A stretch of 64,000 bases of DNA, taken from the NCBI GenBank assembly GCA_951406725.2, contig OX597833.1:38192001-38256000 (forward strand), written 5' to 3'. This stretch comes from Octopus vulgaris (taxonomy: Eukaryota). Below, piece after piece: positions 26,376-38,870 of the stretch (positions are counted from its first letter, which is position 1; each line of letters begins with the position of its first letter). A model generated the notes under the pieces. The model ran no database searches and had not been told where the DNA came from. It saw nothing but the letters and a program-made list of their open reading frames with translations. The translations under genes and the position numbers were made by a program.

Positions 26376-28290
26376 GAGACTTGCATATCACCTGTGTAGC
26401 TGGCAAGGGTGGCTATCTGGGCAGTTGAGGGCCTATCTGAAAGGGCCACTATGAAAAGCAGTAGTCCTAAGACAGTGCCGTGTGGAACACAACTTACTAT
26501 TTGTGTTTTCATTGAGGTGGCTCCATTGGCCACTATTGCCTGACATATCTTTCAGAAAGTCATGTAACCACTATCCAAGTTTAGCAGCTATGCAGAGATC
26601 ATGCAGTTTGTGGCATATCATACCATGATCCACTTTATCAAAAGCTTTCATAAAATCAAGATACATTACTTCCACTTTTGAGTTGTTGAGTAACTGCCTC
26701 AACACCCAGTCATAATTTTCTAAGAGCTGGGTTGGGCAGCTCCAACTTGGTCGAAAGCCATGCTGGATATCACTCCACAAGTTATTTTCTTCAAGGAATG
26801 CGATTAGTTTCCCTCTAACTATCTATTCCATGACTTTGCTAATGTGTGAAGTCAGAAAGGTAGGCCTATAGTTTTTGGCATCTGCTCTGCTTCCCACTTT
26901 ATGGATGGGCATATTATTCTCTCTTTCAGCTTCCTTGGCAGTCTGCCATTTGAAAGAAATCTCTGAAAGAGAATCTGGAGTGGTTTTGCCAGGGCACGCT
27001 TACACAATTTGATGAGGATTGCTGGGAAACCATCAGGACCAGTATTCGAGTTTTTATCCACCTCATCTATGGCTAGTAGTATATCTTCTTCACTCATGTC
27101 GATGTATTCCATCGTACTGCCTCACTGGTTATAGATGAGGCGGCAAAGATGTCCGCTAGTTTGTTCACTTATCTGTGTTCTAGTGGGGTGGTAAAGACAC
27201 TTTTTTAATTGGTCATTTTGTACCTATCTGATCCTTGTTGGACTTTCTGCGAAGGAGCTATCCTTTTTGGAAGAGGGGTCCTATCTTGCAGCGTACTAAG
27301 GCTGTTTCTTTCGCAAAATAAAAGAAGGCCTTTGGGTTTGACTTAATGTTTTTATAACCCAGGCTTCTTTGTCTGCTCTCTCCCTCACATAGAATTTTTT
27401 AGGCAGGACCTTTCACTACTTTTGGGATGTTGATTGAGTCGATTTGCAACCTTTGTCCGTCATCTCACGAGGATCTTCCTCTTGCTTGGAATCTTGTTCC
27501 TATTTGTTTTGGCCTTGTGCTCTGGTACACATTTCTGGCATATGTCTTGCATAACAGACATGGAATATTCTAGTTTCATGCCAATGTCTGGTGTGGAGAG
27601 ACATTTTGGCCAGTACTGTATGAGGATCTCTTTTTGGATCGATTTCCAGTCTGCTTTGTGGAAGTTCAGATTGGAGAGATTTTGGGTGCTTCCTTTAGAC
27701 TGTGTGTCTTTGGCTACTTTCAGCCCAAACATAGACAGCTCTATTATGTTGTGATCCGAGACAAATGTCGGCATCACTTTCACATCATGAATGATGTTCA
27801 TATTGTTTATGAAGCAGAGATCCAAAATGTTATTTGCCCTAGATAGTCTGAGTACAACTTGCTCCATGAATAGGGCATTGGTGAGGTTGAGCAGGGACTC
27901 CACCTCTGCTTGTTTGTAATGAGTCATTCCTGAGAGCATGAGGCCTTCAGACCATTTGATGTTGGGGAAGTGTCAATTATTCATAAGAAATACACTCACG
28001 TGGTGTTCCTGAGGATTTCTGTAATTCCTGTGAGGCAATCTTCAAGCTTGCTTATATATGGTTTTGAGCATCTGGTTGGCAACTTGTGTTGCCTATGACT
28101 ATATTGCATTGTCTTATGTATACAATTATAGTGTCACATACTGAATTTGAGTATGACAGCAAAACCTGGGGTATGAGGTCATCTCGGATGTATACAACAA
28201 CTCCTTCTGTCTGTTCACAGTATGGTATATTTTGGTACGTGTTCTTCATCCTCTATATCAGGGCTGAGGTGAATTTCCAGGAGTGCTATG
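26376..28290 (-). mobile_element. CR1/Jockey-group LINE ORF2 remnant (endonuclease + RT), pseudogenised
   Basis: Fragments NILDLCF..SDHNII, NLNFHKADW, TGPDGFPAILIKLCKRALAKPL, QHGFRPSWSCPTQL..YLDFMKAFDKVDH and VPHGTVLGLLLFI, split by frameshifts and stops. Confidence 0.88.
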
Positions 28291-29691
28291 CATAGGGCAT
28301 GACCAGATGATGCTTTTTATGTGCCAACAGCACGGAAGCCAGTCAAAGCGGCACTGGCATTGGCCAAGTTCGGATGGTGCTTTTTGTGCTTCCGGCACAG
28401 GGCTCTCAACTACAATTTCCATTTGATTTGATTTTGATATTGCTGATGTTGATGGACTTCACTCAATAGGTTTCCTCAAGCACCGCATGTTGCCCTACGA
28501 TCCAAGGTACTTTTGAGCGGACTGGTTTTGCAACACTAGTGTAGGTTACAGCTCTGGTCTCACTTTATTTGCTGGGTCTTCTCAGTTGCAGCATATCTCC
28601 AGAGGTCTTTGTTTTATGTCATTGCCTCTGTGAGACCCAACATTCAAAGGTCATGCTTCATCACCTCATCCCATGTTTTCCTGGGTTGAAGAAGTGGCAC
28701 TTCTTCAACCATCTCTCCTCGTCCATCCACAGTTCATGACCATACCAATGCAAACATGTCTCTTGCACACCACATCTGATGCTTCTTATGTCTAACATTT
28801 CTCTCAGGGCGCTTACACTCTATCGTATGTGTACACTGACATTACACATCCAGTGGATCATGCTAGCTCCATTTCTTTCAAGCCTTCAGCAGTCATGGCC
28901 TATGTTTCACTGCTGTGAAGCATGGCAGTTTGCACACATACATCATACAATCTACCTTTCACTCTGAGCGATAGGCCCTTTGTCACCAGTAGGGGTAGAA
29001 GCTTTCTGAACTTTGCCCAGGCTATTCTTATTCTAGTGGCAACACTCTTTGAGCATCCACCTCCACTACAGACCTGGTCACCTAGGTAGCGGAAGCTATC
29101 AACTACTTCTAGTTTCTCCCCCTGGCATGTGATGTAGTCTGTTTTCTGAGCATCTGTGGTGTTTATTGCCCCTGTGCATTTGCTTCACATGAAAGCTATC
29201 TTCCCGGTTAATCTTCCTTTGATTTTGCTGCACCTCTTTTGTGTCCATAGCTTACACTGGGTACATCATATGGAATTTCTACCTACACCTTTTCTACAGA
29301 TCAAGCAGGGCCACCTACCTGAAGGGGTGTGTGATATGTTTGCTTTCCTACTTACTAGAACTTTGGTCTTTGCAACATTAACTCTAAGGACCTTTGATTC
29401 TAAACCTTGCTTCCAAATCTGAAATTTCTTCTCTAGTTCTGGTAGTAATTCTGCTATGAAGGCCAGATCACCAGCATAGAGGAGCTCCCAGGGGCAACCT
29501 GTCTTGAATTCTTCAGTTATTGCCTGGAGGACTATGATGAATAAGAGGGGGCTGAGGGTTGATCGTTTGTGGACCCCTACTTCTACCCGGAATTCTTCAC
29601 TATACTCATTTCCAATCCTAAACCTACTGACAGCATCACTGTATAGGGCATGTACAGCCCTTATTAACCATTCGTCAATCCCCAGTTTCAT
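28290..29691 (-). mobile_element. RTE-clade LINE, 5'-truncated (RT C-terminal half + 3' region)
   Basis: ORF 29266-29691 encodes EVGVHKRSTLSPLLFIIVL..WELLYAGDL..GLESKVLRVNVAKTKV, with FRYLGD downstream. Its 3' part equals the family C repeats. Confidence 0.88.
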
Positions 29692-30199
29692 GTATGTATG
29701 TATATATCATCATCATCGTTTAACATCCACTTTCCATGCTGCCATGGTTTGGATGGTTTGACTGAGGACTAGTGAGCCAGAGGCTGCACCATGATCAGTC
29801 TGATCTAGCAAAGTTTCTACAGTTAGATGCCCTCCCTAACGCCAACCACTCCGAGAGTGTAGTGGGTGCTTTTACATAACACCTGCACAAGGGCCAATTA
29901 GCTTAACCCACAGCCCGCCCTTTCTTTCCCCACTCTCGCCTCCCCCACCTCTCTACACCATCACAACACACCACACACCACTACTCCTTACACCAAACCA
30001 CACAACACACCACCACACACATCAGCACTGACCCACATTTTCACACCTACACACACACACACACACGTAAAGATCACCAGCCCACTTCCACACGCACATA
30101 CAAACTCTCTTATATACATGCACACTTTTGTTTTGAGATCACCACTACTTTATTATCTCCCCTTCTCCCTGTTTGCTTTTGATTCTGTTAACTACACTG

Positions 30200-31003
30200 T
30201 ATAGTAGGGTTAGTGGAGCACTATTTGTACAAAAAACAGCACCACGATGCAATTCGCTCTGCTTGAAATTTGGAAAGGACAGGCTGTACTGCTTGGCATT
30301 TGTGCCGGATGCTCCAGTACGAACATTCTAGAGTGTTTGGGTGTGAATTTGAGGACAGTAGAATCCGAGGACATGTACCAAGCATAATAAAAATCAAGCA
30401 TCTTATCAACATCATGGTGTTTGGTGTGATCACAAGTGATGGTGATGTTATGCCGCCATTTGTCTTCCTACACTGCCTCATACTCAACAGAGAGGCCTAC
30501 ATCAAGTGCCTGGAAGAGGTAGTGCTGCCCTGGGTGAAGTGGACAGCTGCTCGAACATCCTATGTCTGGCAACAGGACTCTGCATCATGCCACACAAGCA
30601 GGAGAACCTAGTCACGGCTATCACACAATTTCTGTGACTACATCACTCCTAATATCTGGTCGCTTAACTCCCCAGACTGCAATCCCCTTGATTATTATGT
30701 GTGGGGCACAGTTGAGCGAGACACCAACAAAACTCCTTGTAACACACTATAGATGAACTGAAGGCAAGTATTAGGGCAGCATTCACCAACTTAAACAAGG
30801 AGACCGTCTAAAAGAGTTGCAAGAGATTCCGAAGTTGCCTGGAGGCCGTGGTTGAAGCCAATGACACTTTTATGGAATAAATTTATTCTTTAGAATTTCA
30901 GGATATTTTTATGTAATTTTGGTAAATATATGTTAAAATGAGATGTCAGTGCTATTTCCATTTTTGTGTAATTTAGATGACAATTTATTCACTACACTCT
31001 GTA
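30200..31003 (+). mobile_element. Internally deleted Tc1/mariner-superfamily element (maT/DD37D-like)
   Basis: Encodes KHLINIMVFGVITSDGDVMPPF..YVWQQDSASCHTSRRT and W.LNSPDCNPLDYYVWG. Ends ..cactacactctgTA. Confidence 0.85.
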
Positions 31004-31252
31004 TACATACATATATATCTATATCTGGGTGTGTGTGTAACATTGTCTGGACATCATGTGATTCTAAATGAGTTTCACTGTCATATAAGCAGTGATATGT
31101 CTAAAAACAGGTCTGAACTTGGAGCGAAATATCGCCTTGCTTGGAAGACATTTTTTATGACAGGAATGTCATTTGGCCATAGTAAATCTGCCTTAACAAA
31201 GTTCATTCAACTCTTACAAGTATGGAAAAGTGGTCATTAAAATGATGATTAT

Positions 31253-31610
31253 ATAAGAAAAACAGATGAATGGATTATGTGGTATTGCTACAGTTGCTCT
31301 GTTAAGAGTCTTTGTTGTGATGTAAGCATAGTACAGGTATGCTGTAAGCACAGCATCCATGCGATTACATGCTACTCAACTTGTAACTCATCAGGCAAAC
31401 CAAATAAAGAAGTTGATAGTGTGTTGATTAATCACTGTTACTGCGCTATTTGGTTAGCCTGATGAGTTGAGAGTTGCATAACATATTATGTAATCTTATG
31501 AAAGTTGTGCATGCTGCATAGCTCACTGTACTATGCTTATGTCATAATAAAGACTCTTAATGAAACCACTGTAGCAATACCAGATAACCCATTTGTCTGT
31601 TTATTATTAT
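31253..31610. repeat. Imperfect palindrome of about 360 bp (fold-back MITE-like)
   Basis: Arms pair from aacagatgaatgg..ggtattgctacagt..ttaagagtcttt..taagcatagtacag..aactcatcaggc to their reverse complements. Centre tgattaatca at 31425-31434. Confidence 0.9.
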
Positions 31611-32481
31611 TTTATTAAGCCACATCTAAGTTTCCATTCATTGTTGGATTTTTTGGATGCATTCTGTGCTATGATAATGGATTACTGAACTGTCTGTTTT
31701 GCATCATTCTGCCTAACCAATTTGTGGCATGCTTCATTTTTATATGCCTCGACTCTTTATGGATCGCGTGTAATCAAAGCGATATATATTTACATATATA
31801 TATGTTATTTGTGTGTCTATTTGTCTATGTATATATGCATGTATCATTTTAAGAATACTATGTTTGCTTTAACATTTGCTTTGAAATTATGTTTTGAAGT
31901 TGATTTCATGAAACTGTTTGTATTGTTTACAATTGTGTTACTGCTTAATTGGTTTCATTGTTATTGTTTTTACATTTACTAAAATTGTTTCTATTCATGT
32001 AACAAATGCTCCCCAAATCAATTTATCTATCCATTTATCTATCTACTATCTATTTCTATCTCACGATATACATATATATATTCACAGAATGGTTACAAAA
32101 TAAAGCGCTTGGTGTTACATTAAATAATATGTTCAAAAATTATATAGAAGTACAAACAAATGGAAAATACACACACAGAATGTCACCAAATTTTCATCAG
32201 TTATTGTCAAAAGTATCAGGTGTGAAATTTATTATGATCCTTTGGATGATAACTGATGAGGATTTAGTGACATTCTATGTATATATTTTCCATTTCTTCC
32301 ATTTGTTTGTACTTTTCGCTAATTGTTGTAGGTCCTCATGTTGTCATAAATAAATGCACATACACATTCTGTCAACTCTCCTGCTGTTAATCTGGCAGAA
32401 CCTTCAGGATGTGGCAGATGGAAGGTGAAAGGGCTGCAACAACACTAAATACTTGTTTTTCAGCTCAGTAGATTGAAGCAA

Positions 32482-32552
32482 GAGCGAGGTCATTGCCAGT
32501 ACATTCGAGCGAGGTCATTGCCAGTACATTCGAGCGAGGTCATTGCCAGTAC
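32482..32552 (+). repeat. 25-bp tandem repeat, about 2.8 copies, inside an RTE 3' fragment
   Basis: gagcgaggtcattgccagtacattc starts at 32482, 32507 and 32532. Confidence 0.9.
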
Positions 32553-32754
32553 CGCCTGACTGGCCCCCATGCAGGTGGCACGTATAAAGCACCCACTACA
32601 CTCTCGGAGTGGTTGGCATTAGGAAGGGCATCCAGCTGTAGAAACTCTGCCAGATCAAGACTGGAGCCTGGTGCAGCCATCTGGTTGCCAGCCTTCAGTC
32701 AAAATCGTCCAACCCTTGCTAGCATGGAAAACAGATGTTAAATGATGATGATGA

Positions 32755-32788
<34 letters not shown>

Positions 32789-33171
32789 TCACACATATAC
32801 ACGTGTCTCTGTGTGTGCATCTCCTTGTCTTGATGGTTCATGGTAGTTGTAAGCAAGCTACATCATCATATATAAAAAGACTCCTTTGTTTCCAATCTTC
32901 AGTGAAGACATGTCTAGTTGCAGGGAAATTTTACCTTGTCTGGAAAGAAGGTGAGAGTTGGCAAGAAATAGCATCCAACCATAGAAAATCTGACTTAACA
33001 AATTCAATCTGACCCATGAGTCCATGGAAAACTGACCATGGAAGTGATGATGATATAAATATTCTTCGCTCTAATCACATCCAAATGAAGAATGCTTTGT
33101 TTAGCACTTAACATTTGTCCATCTGTATTCATTTGGATATAGAAACAGGACAAGAAATACTTGAGTATGAA

Positions 33172-33678
33172 TACAAGGGGGTGCTTTTCAGCACCCCCTC
33201 GTATTTTATCTTTGGATAAAAGAAAATACAAGAGGCTCAGTTAATTATTTTATTCATCATATTCCCCAGAACAGTGGTTCCCAAACTTTTTTGGGCTGCC
33301 ACCCCCTTGACATCCAGGCCACATTCCTAGCGCCCTCACCCCATCTAACCATCACATAGACCTCTTTCTGAAGCAAATTCAAAGCAGCTGTATTTCACAA
33401 ATGTAAATTAACCTTAATGAGCCCATTATTTTGTTGTTTTTACAGGAATCACTCCCCCATTATTGCCCCACTTTTCTTCAATGCCCCCTTGGAACTTTCC
33501 ACTGTCCCCAAGGAGGCAATACCACCCACTTTGGGAACCACTGCCCTAGAAGATTCACATGCTTATTGCAGCAGCCCTTCAGTTTTTCTAAGCCCTGTAA
33601 AAGAACTTGGAAGGTTAGGCCTCCAACCAGGCTTTTCATGATACCCTTAACGCCAGAACTTTTCAGCACCCCTTCATA
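33172..33678 (-). mobile_element. Mariner-derived MITE interrupted by a hAT-like MITE
   Basis: Reverse copy of 1636-1853 (shared ccttcagtttttctaagccctgtaaa), split at 33272-33543. Confidence 0.8.
33272..33543. mobile_element. hAT (Charlie-like) MITE
   Basis: TIRs cagtggttcccaaa / tttgggaaccactg. 8-bp TSD ccccagaa / ccctagaa. Confidence 0.88.
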
Positions 33679-33931
33679 TGTATATTCATTCTAAGTTGAT
33701 AATTCCCTTCATTGCTGTTCTGTATTTCCCTCCTTTATACATTGGTTTTGGTGGCTAAGAATAAATATGTTAAGGCTACAGAATATTATCATGATCCTTC
33801 TTAGTTTCCATTGGTCAGTTTTGGTTACATTTTATTGTTGAGAATACTTTTAGAGCATTTAGTATTATAGCTGGTTCTAGCCTGTTTTAATATGGTCAAG
33901 CGATTGATCCCTGATAGAAATAGGCAGAGGA

Positions 33932-35185
33932 CATCATCATCATTCATCATTGTTCGACCGTGGTCGAGACAATGGAATTTACCATGCAACACCAGACTTC
34001 ACGGTCCATCATAGCATTATGGAGGTCCTGTTACTAGATGCCTGTATCCCGGGAGATTACATCAGGGTAGGAGAGTGTGCGCCCTCTGGTGTTGCGAGTA
34101 GATGACTTCCAGAGGAGAAGAGTAGAAATTGCCTCGTTTTCAGCTCTACAACAATGTCCAGCAAACTGGACTCTCCTACTTTTCACAAGAGACGACACAG
34201 GTGGTAGTTTCCCATATATTTGCATTTTGGTTGGATGACGCTTCCAAGAGAGATTTTGAGCTCTCATAAGGAGGCGAGTGTAGGTTCCATCCAACCGCCT
34301 CTCAAGCTTCTTTGATAACATTCAGGTTTCTGAGCCATATAGTAGAATTGGTTCAACTGTGGCTTTGAAGATTTCAAGTTTGAAGTCTCTACTTAGATTT
34401 GATGACCAGATCTTATGCATGTCATTACAGGCTGACCAGGCCATACCCTTTCTAGTTAGAAAATCTTTTCCAGATTATGATATGTATGACCCAAGATATT
34501 TGTAATCAGAAACCATATTTAAGGGCGCATTGTTGAGAGTATGGATGATGCAATCACTGTTGGACAGGCACTTGTTTATATATTCAGTCTTGGCCTCATT
34601 GAGGTAAAGACCTACACAATTTGAGGCTTGTTCGAGAGATTGTAAAAGAGACTGGGCATTGGAGAAAGAATCACTAAGAGCGATGTCGTCAGCAAAGTCA
34701 GTGTCTGTCAAGTATTCAGCTGGGTATCTGGAACTTCTTCTAGGTTTTATTTCAAAGCTCTTGCCAGAAATGGTATCAACTGACATACGTAGCACATAGT
34801 CAACGACAATGATGAAGAGAAATGGGGCGAGTGTGTCTCCCTGCAGTATTCCGGCTTTGATTGAGAAAGATGATGTTTCTCTGTCAGGGGTTAAGATGGT
34901 TGAAGACGTATCTGTGTTGAGGACCTTGATGGCAGAAATGATTTTGTCTGGTATCCCATAGAGCTTTCAAACATCTTGTACCTATCTACAGAGTCGAACG
35001 CTTTAGAAAAGTCTACAAACACCATTGGAAGATCGCGATTAAATGCTTTTGATTCTTCAATAAGTCTGCATAGGCATAGTATCTGGCTCAGCGTTGAGCG
35101 CCCATGTCTGAATCCATTTTGGTTCTTTTGGAGCAAAGGTTCAACAAAAAGGACGAAACGATTTAGAATCAGTTTGTTGTACATT
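33932..35185 (-). mobile_element. RTE/RTEX-like LINE, 5'-truncated, relatively young
   Basis: Encodes QNGFRHGRST..FVDFSKAFDSVDR, GILQGDTLAPFLFII, TDFADDIAL, YKYLGSYIS and RRVQFAGHC. (ATG)n tail, few disruptions, CpGs retained. Confidence 0.9.
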
Positions 35186-36025
35186 GTGCAGGGGAAGAAA
35201 GGTAAAAAGATTGATAAGACTATTAAAACAGTGGAGTTTGAAATTACACTGTAATTAGTAAGGCTATTAGATTAAATTAGTAGCCATTATTTTATATAAA
35301 CCACCAGTTTATATAAGTGTGCAACAGACTTGTGTTTGAAGTGTAGAATCTAAGATGCCTTTTTCATATGCAAGGTAAATGGCATTAAATTACATGACAC
35401 ATACACCCTCAAAATGAACTGACAGGGGGACTTCTACAGGGTCACTTCATTTGCTAGAAACAGATAAATATCCTTTAAACTACACACCAAAACCCTAATG
35501 ATTTTGTACACTCTACCATAACAAGCATATAAGACATTTTAACCATGAAACTGGGCACCCATAAATATGTTTGTCTCTACCTTTGTTTCGACTTCATGTA
35601 ATGGTTGTAAACAAGCATCATCACCATACAAGTGATGTTGTTTATTTCCAATCTGCCATGAAAATCATGTCTGGCCATGAGGAAGTATTACTTTACCTGG
35701 AAACAGGTAAAAATTGGTGACATCAAAGGTATCTGGTTATAAAAAATCTGCTTCAACAAACTTCGTCTGACTCATGCAAGCATGGAAAAGCGGATGTTAA
35801 ATGATGATGTGTGTCATTTATACAAATGACATATGAGCTTGAACCACCAAATGCTGTTTTATTTCATCTTTTCTATTTTTGATTTTATTAAGAAAAAAAA
35901 GACTTTTTTTTATATTGTCAAAAGAAGTAAAAAAAATCTGCTTGCATTGCCATTATTATTATTATTATTGTTATCATTATTGTCAATTTTTTCATTATTT
36001 TTGTTGGCTTATGTTTTTCTTCCAG

Positions 36026-36148
36026 GCAGTAACACTGTTTTTGGGTGTGCTTATCCTGTGCCTGTCAATGGTGATCGTCTATTTCCTAAACAACCGGGCA
36101 GAAGTCATCTTCCCTACCACATCAGCTTTCCCTGCTCATGATGGCTAA
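36026..36148 (+). CDS. NCSTN: Nicastrin terminal exon A (transmembrane helix + cytoplasmic tail, isoform A)
   Basis: Acceptor atgtttttcttccag|GCA, phase 0. Encodes AVTLFLGVLILCLSMVIVYFLNNRAEVIFPTTSAFPAHDG*, in gap-free register with human [35 protein letters not shown] at 36376-36381. Confidence 0.88.
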   Translation, partial: AVTLFLGVLILCLSMVIVYFLNNRAEVIFPTTSAFPAHDG

Positions 36149-36375
36149 ATAACCTGCAATTTCCCAAATAGGCTTGTTCTCTTCTACTCATATTTGCATA
36201 GGCATGTATTCTTCAACTTACCTCTGTGCACATCCACCTTAGCATTGTCAGTGATTCTGTTCTTAATGTTGATGTTGATGCTGCTGCTGCTATTGTTGCT
36301 GCTGCTGCTTTTATTTGTCTAATTTATTGTCAAATGTATGTGGGTGGGATAGATCATACTTTGGGGCTTTCACAC

Positions 36376-36381
36376 AATAAA
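36376..36381 (+). terminator. Candidate polyadenylation signal for terminal exon A
   Basis: AATAAA about 230 nt after the exon A stop, followed by T-rich sequence. A second AATAAA lies near 36476. Confidence 0.45.
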
Positions 36382-36507
36382 GTTTATTATAGGAAAAGGT
36401 AAGAAATTATTTACATTTTTATTTAAATAAGCTACTGGTTTCAATTGTTTTAAAAAATGATTTAGTCATGCTGAAATAAAAGGAAAATTAAATTGAAATA
36501 AACTAAA

Positions 36508-36723
36508 TTAACCCTTTAGCATTTAAACCAGCTATATCCAGCCAAAATAGTTTACTTGTTTTATGCTCAAACTGGTCAGATCCAGCCTCTCATGCCAACC
36601 CTGCAATAAAATTAAGTTACCTCATTGAAATCTCAAAGCTACAAGACGATGCATGATTAATTTGAAACAATGTGAATGAATAAACATTGGTCTTGACAGA
36701 ATAATGTGAATGCTAATGGTTAA
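36508..36723. mobile_element. piggyBac-like MITE (reverse orientation)
   Basis: ttaa-ccctttagcattt ... aatgctaatgg-ttaa. Confidence 0.85.
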
Positions 36724-38870
36724 ATTAATTGTTAGGAAGAGCATCCAGCCATAAAAACTGTGTCAAATTATTCAGTGGAGCTCAATACAGTCTTGCAGCT
36801 ATCCTGGATGTTAAATGATGACGGTGATGAAGACGACAAATATCAGTTGTGAAAGTTCACATGATTTTCTTATAAAAGTCACACTGTATTGTATTTTTTA
36901 AATTTTTTATTGTTGCTAGGTAAGTAGACAGCTGTGGTAGTAGCTAACTAGTATCCAGCAACAGTCAGAAAGAAAGTGAAGAAACACCATATGATTTTTA
37001 TAAGAAAAATACATGAATTTCTTCAACTGATAGTGATGAAGATTAATTTAATTTATTTCAGTTTACTTTCTCTTTTATTTTAGTATGACTAAATCGTCTA
37101 TTTAAAGTAAATGAAACTGGTAGCATATTTAGATAAAAATATTTTTCTTTCTTTCTCTATGATAAAGTTCTCAAAGCATTTTCTTATTTTTGTCTTTATA
37201 TATGTTTGTGTTTGTGTGTATATGAATGTGTGTTTATATGTGTGTGTGTATATGTATATATGCATGTATCCGTGTGTGTGTGTAATGTTACCAGTGGGAG
37301 CTTAGCACTACAACTCAAACACTTAACTGTACATGTACACCCAATATAATCCAACAAGAGAGCTTCTACATGGTCACTCAGTTTACTAGAAATAGCAGGC
37401 AAATATCCTTAAGTCATGCACTATTTCTTAATCATTTTGGAAAAGGAAAGACATTAGACAATGCAGTCTTATATACACTTGGCCTGAAAAAGAAATGGAT
37501 GGTTATATCTGGAACACTTTGCTCATTAGTCTACTGGATTAGGATCAAAACAATAATATAACAAGAAGACTTCTTATGAGATTTGCTTAACTTGCTAGAA
37601 AGAACAACAAAGTATCCTTCAAATCAAAACCCTGCTATCTTAAAAATGTAAGACACATTGGATAATGTAATCCTAGATACACTATGTCTGAAAAGCAATT
37701 GTTTGCTCACAGCTGGATCATCTTTAATCATTTAATCATATGTCTGCTCAGTCAAGGCAAACCTGGGGTTAAACAATCCCCAATATTTCTATATTCTTGT
37801 CATCTAAATAATTATCAAACCTACTCAAACGAGCACAAATCACCATCAGTTTCCTTGAGCCCCAAAGTTTATTAACTTGACTCCATGTCTCGTGCTTGAA
37901 ATTGAGTGTTAGCTGAGAAAGCCACAATGGACTGTTGGTTAACATAATTGTGCTTATGTTGCCTAAGGAGCCTCAAGAAAAGGCCTGAACATCTCATTTT
38001 TTTTTTATCTACATAAAATCTTTGTTGTACTTAGACAAAAAGAAATTTATGTACATTTTGTAAATCAAGTTACTTAAAAGTAGTCTTTTTTAGAAATGTA
38101 TTTTATTCACATATTCAAGAAAATGAAGATTAGTGTGTGTATATGTTGGACATCCTTGCTCTGTATTTCATGTTTCTGTGTATTGTTTTTGAAAATTTTT
38201 CACAATGTATTTATCCTCCTTTTCCACCTCTTACCTCTCCCTCTCTGTGACACCAACAGTATTACTGTAAAAGAAAAAATTAAACGAAGTGGAGTAGGTT
38301 TGTAATTCAAAGACTGTGTGATGTGAGACTATTGCACGTAGGAATTTAAATTGGGTACATGGATTCAAGCTTGTTCAGACTTGACTGTTAACTTCTCAAA
38401 ATTCACTACCATAAATTCATTGTAACCATTGCAGAAATGAACACTTTTGTTTCAGTTGAAAGACACAACTGATACTTTATTTTCATTGTTTGAAAAGAGA
38501 AAGAAAACATTTCCTTTTTAATGACATTAATTTGAATTTAACCCTTTGTGTACATGATCAAAGAGCTGTTAAATGTAGCTGTAAAAGAAGGAATGGTTGT
38601 GTTCATAGTCATTGCAGGTCCTCATTAACAGATGAGATTGATACAGATGAAGCTCATTTTAAACATTTGTAGATTGATCTCTGTAGGAAAATCATTGTTG
38701 GGGTTTCTAATGGATTTCAATTGGCGTTTTACAGCTGCAGGCCATTGTTGTTGTTTACCATTTGATGTTTGGTCCTTCCTTTATTTATCTTATGTTTTTT
38801 TATGTCCATGCAAGAATAAGATTTTGGATGATCCTACATACCAACTCAAATCACATCGGAGAACCCTCAT

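Noticed and set aside
32482-32552. Direct repeats superficially like a CRISPR array
   Set aside because: The units are contiguous with no spacers, lie inside a LINE tail, and the context is eukaryotic.
38260-38297. Possible 38-nt cassette exon (caacag|...|gtttgt)
   Set aside because: Weak donor, an in-frame stop in phase 0, and no homology. It cannot be supported without reads.
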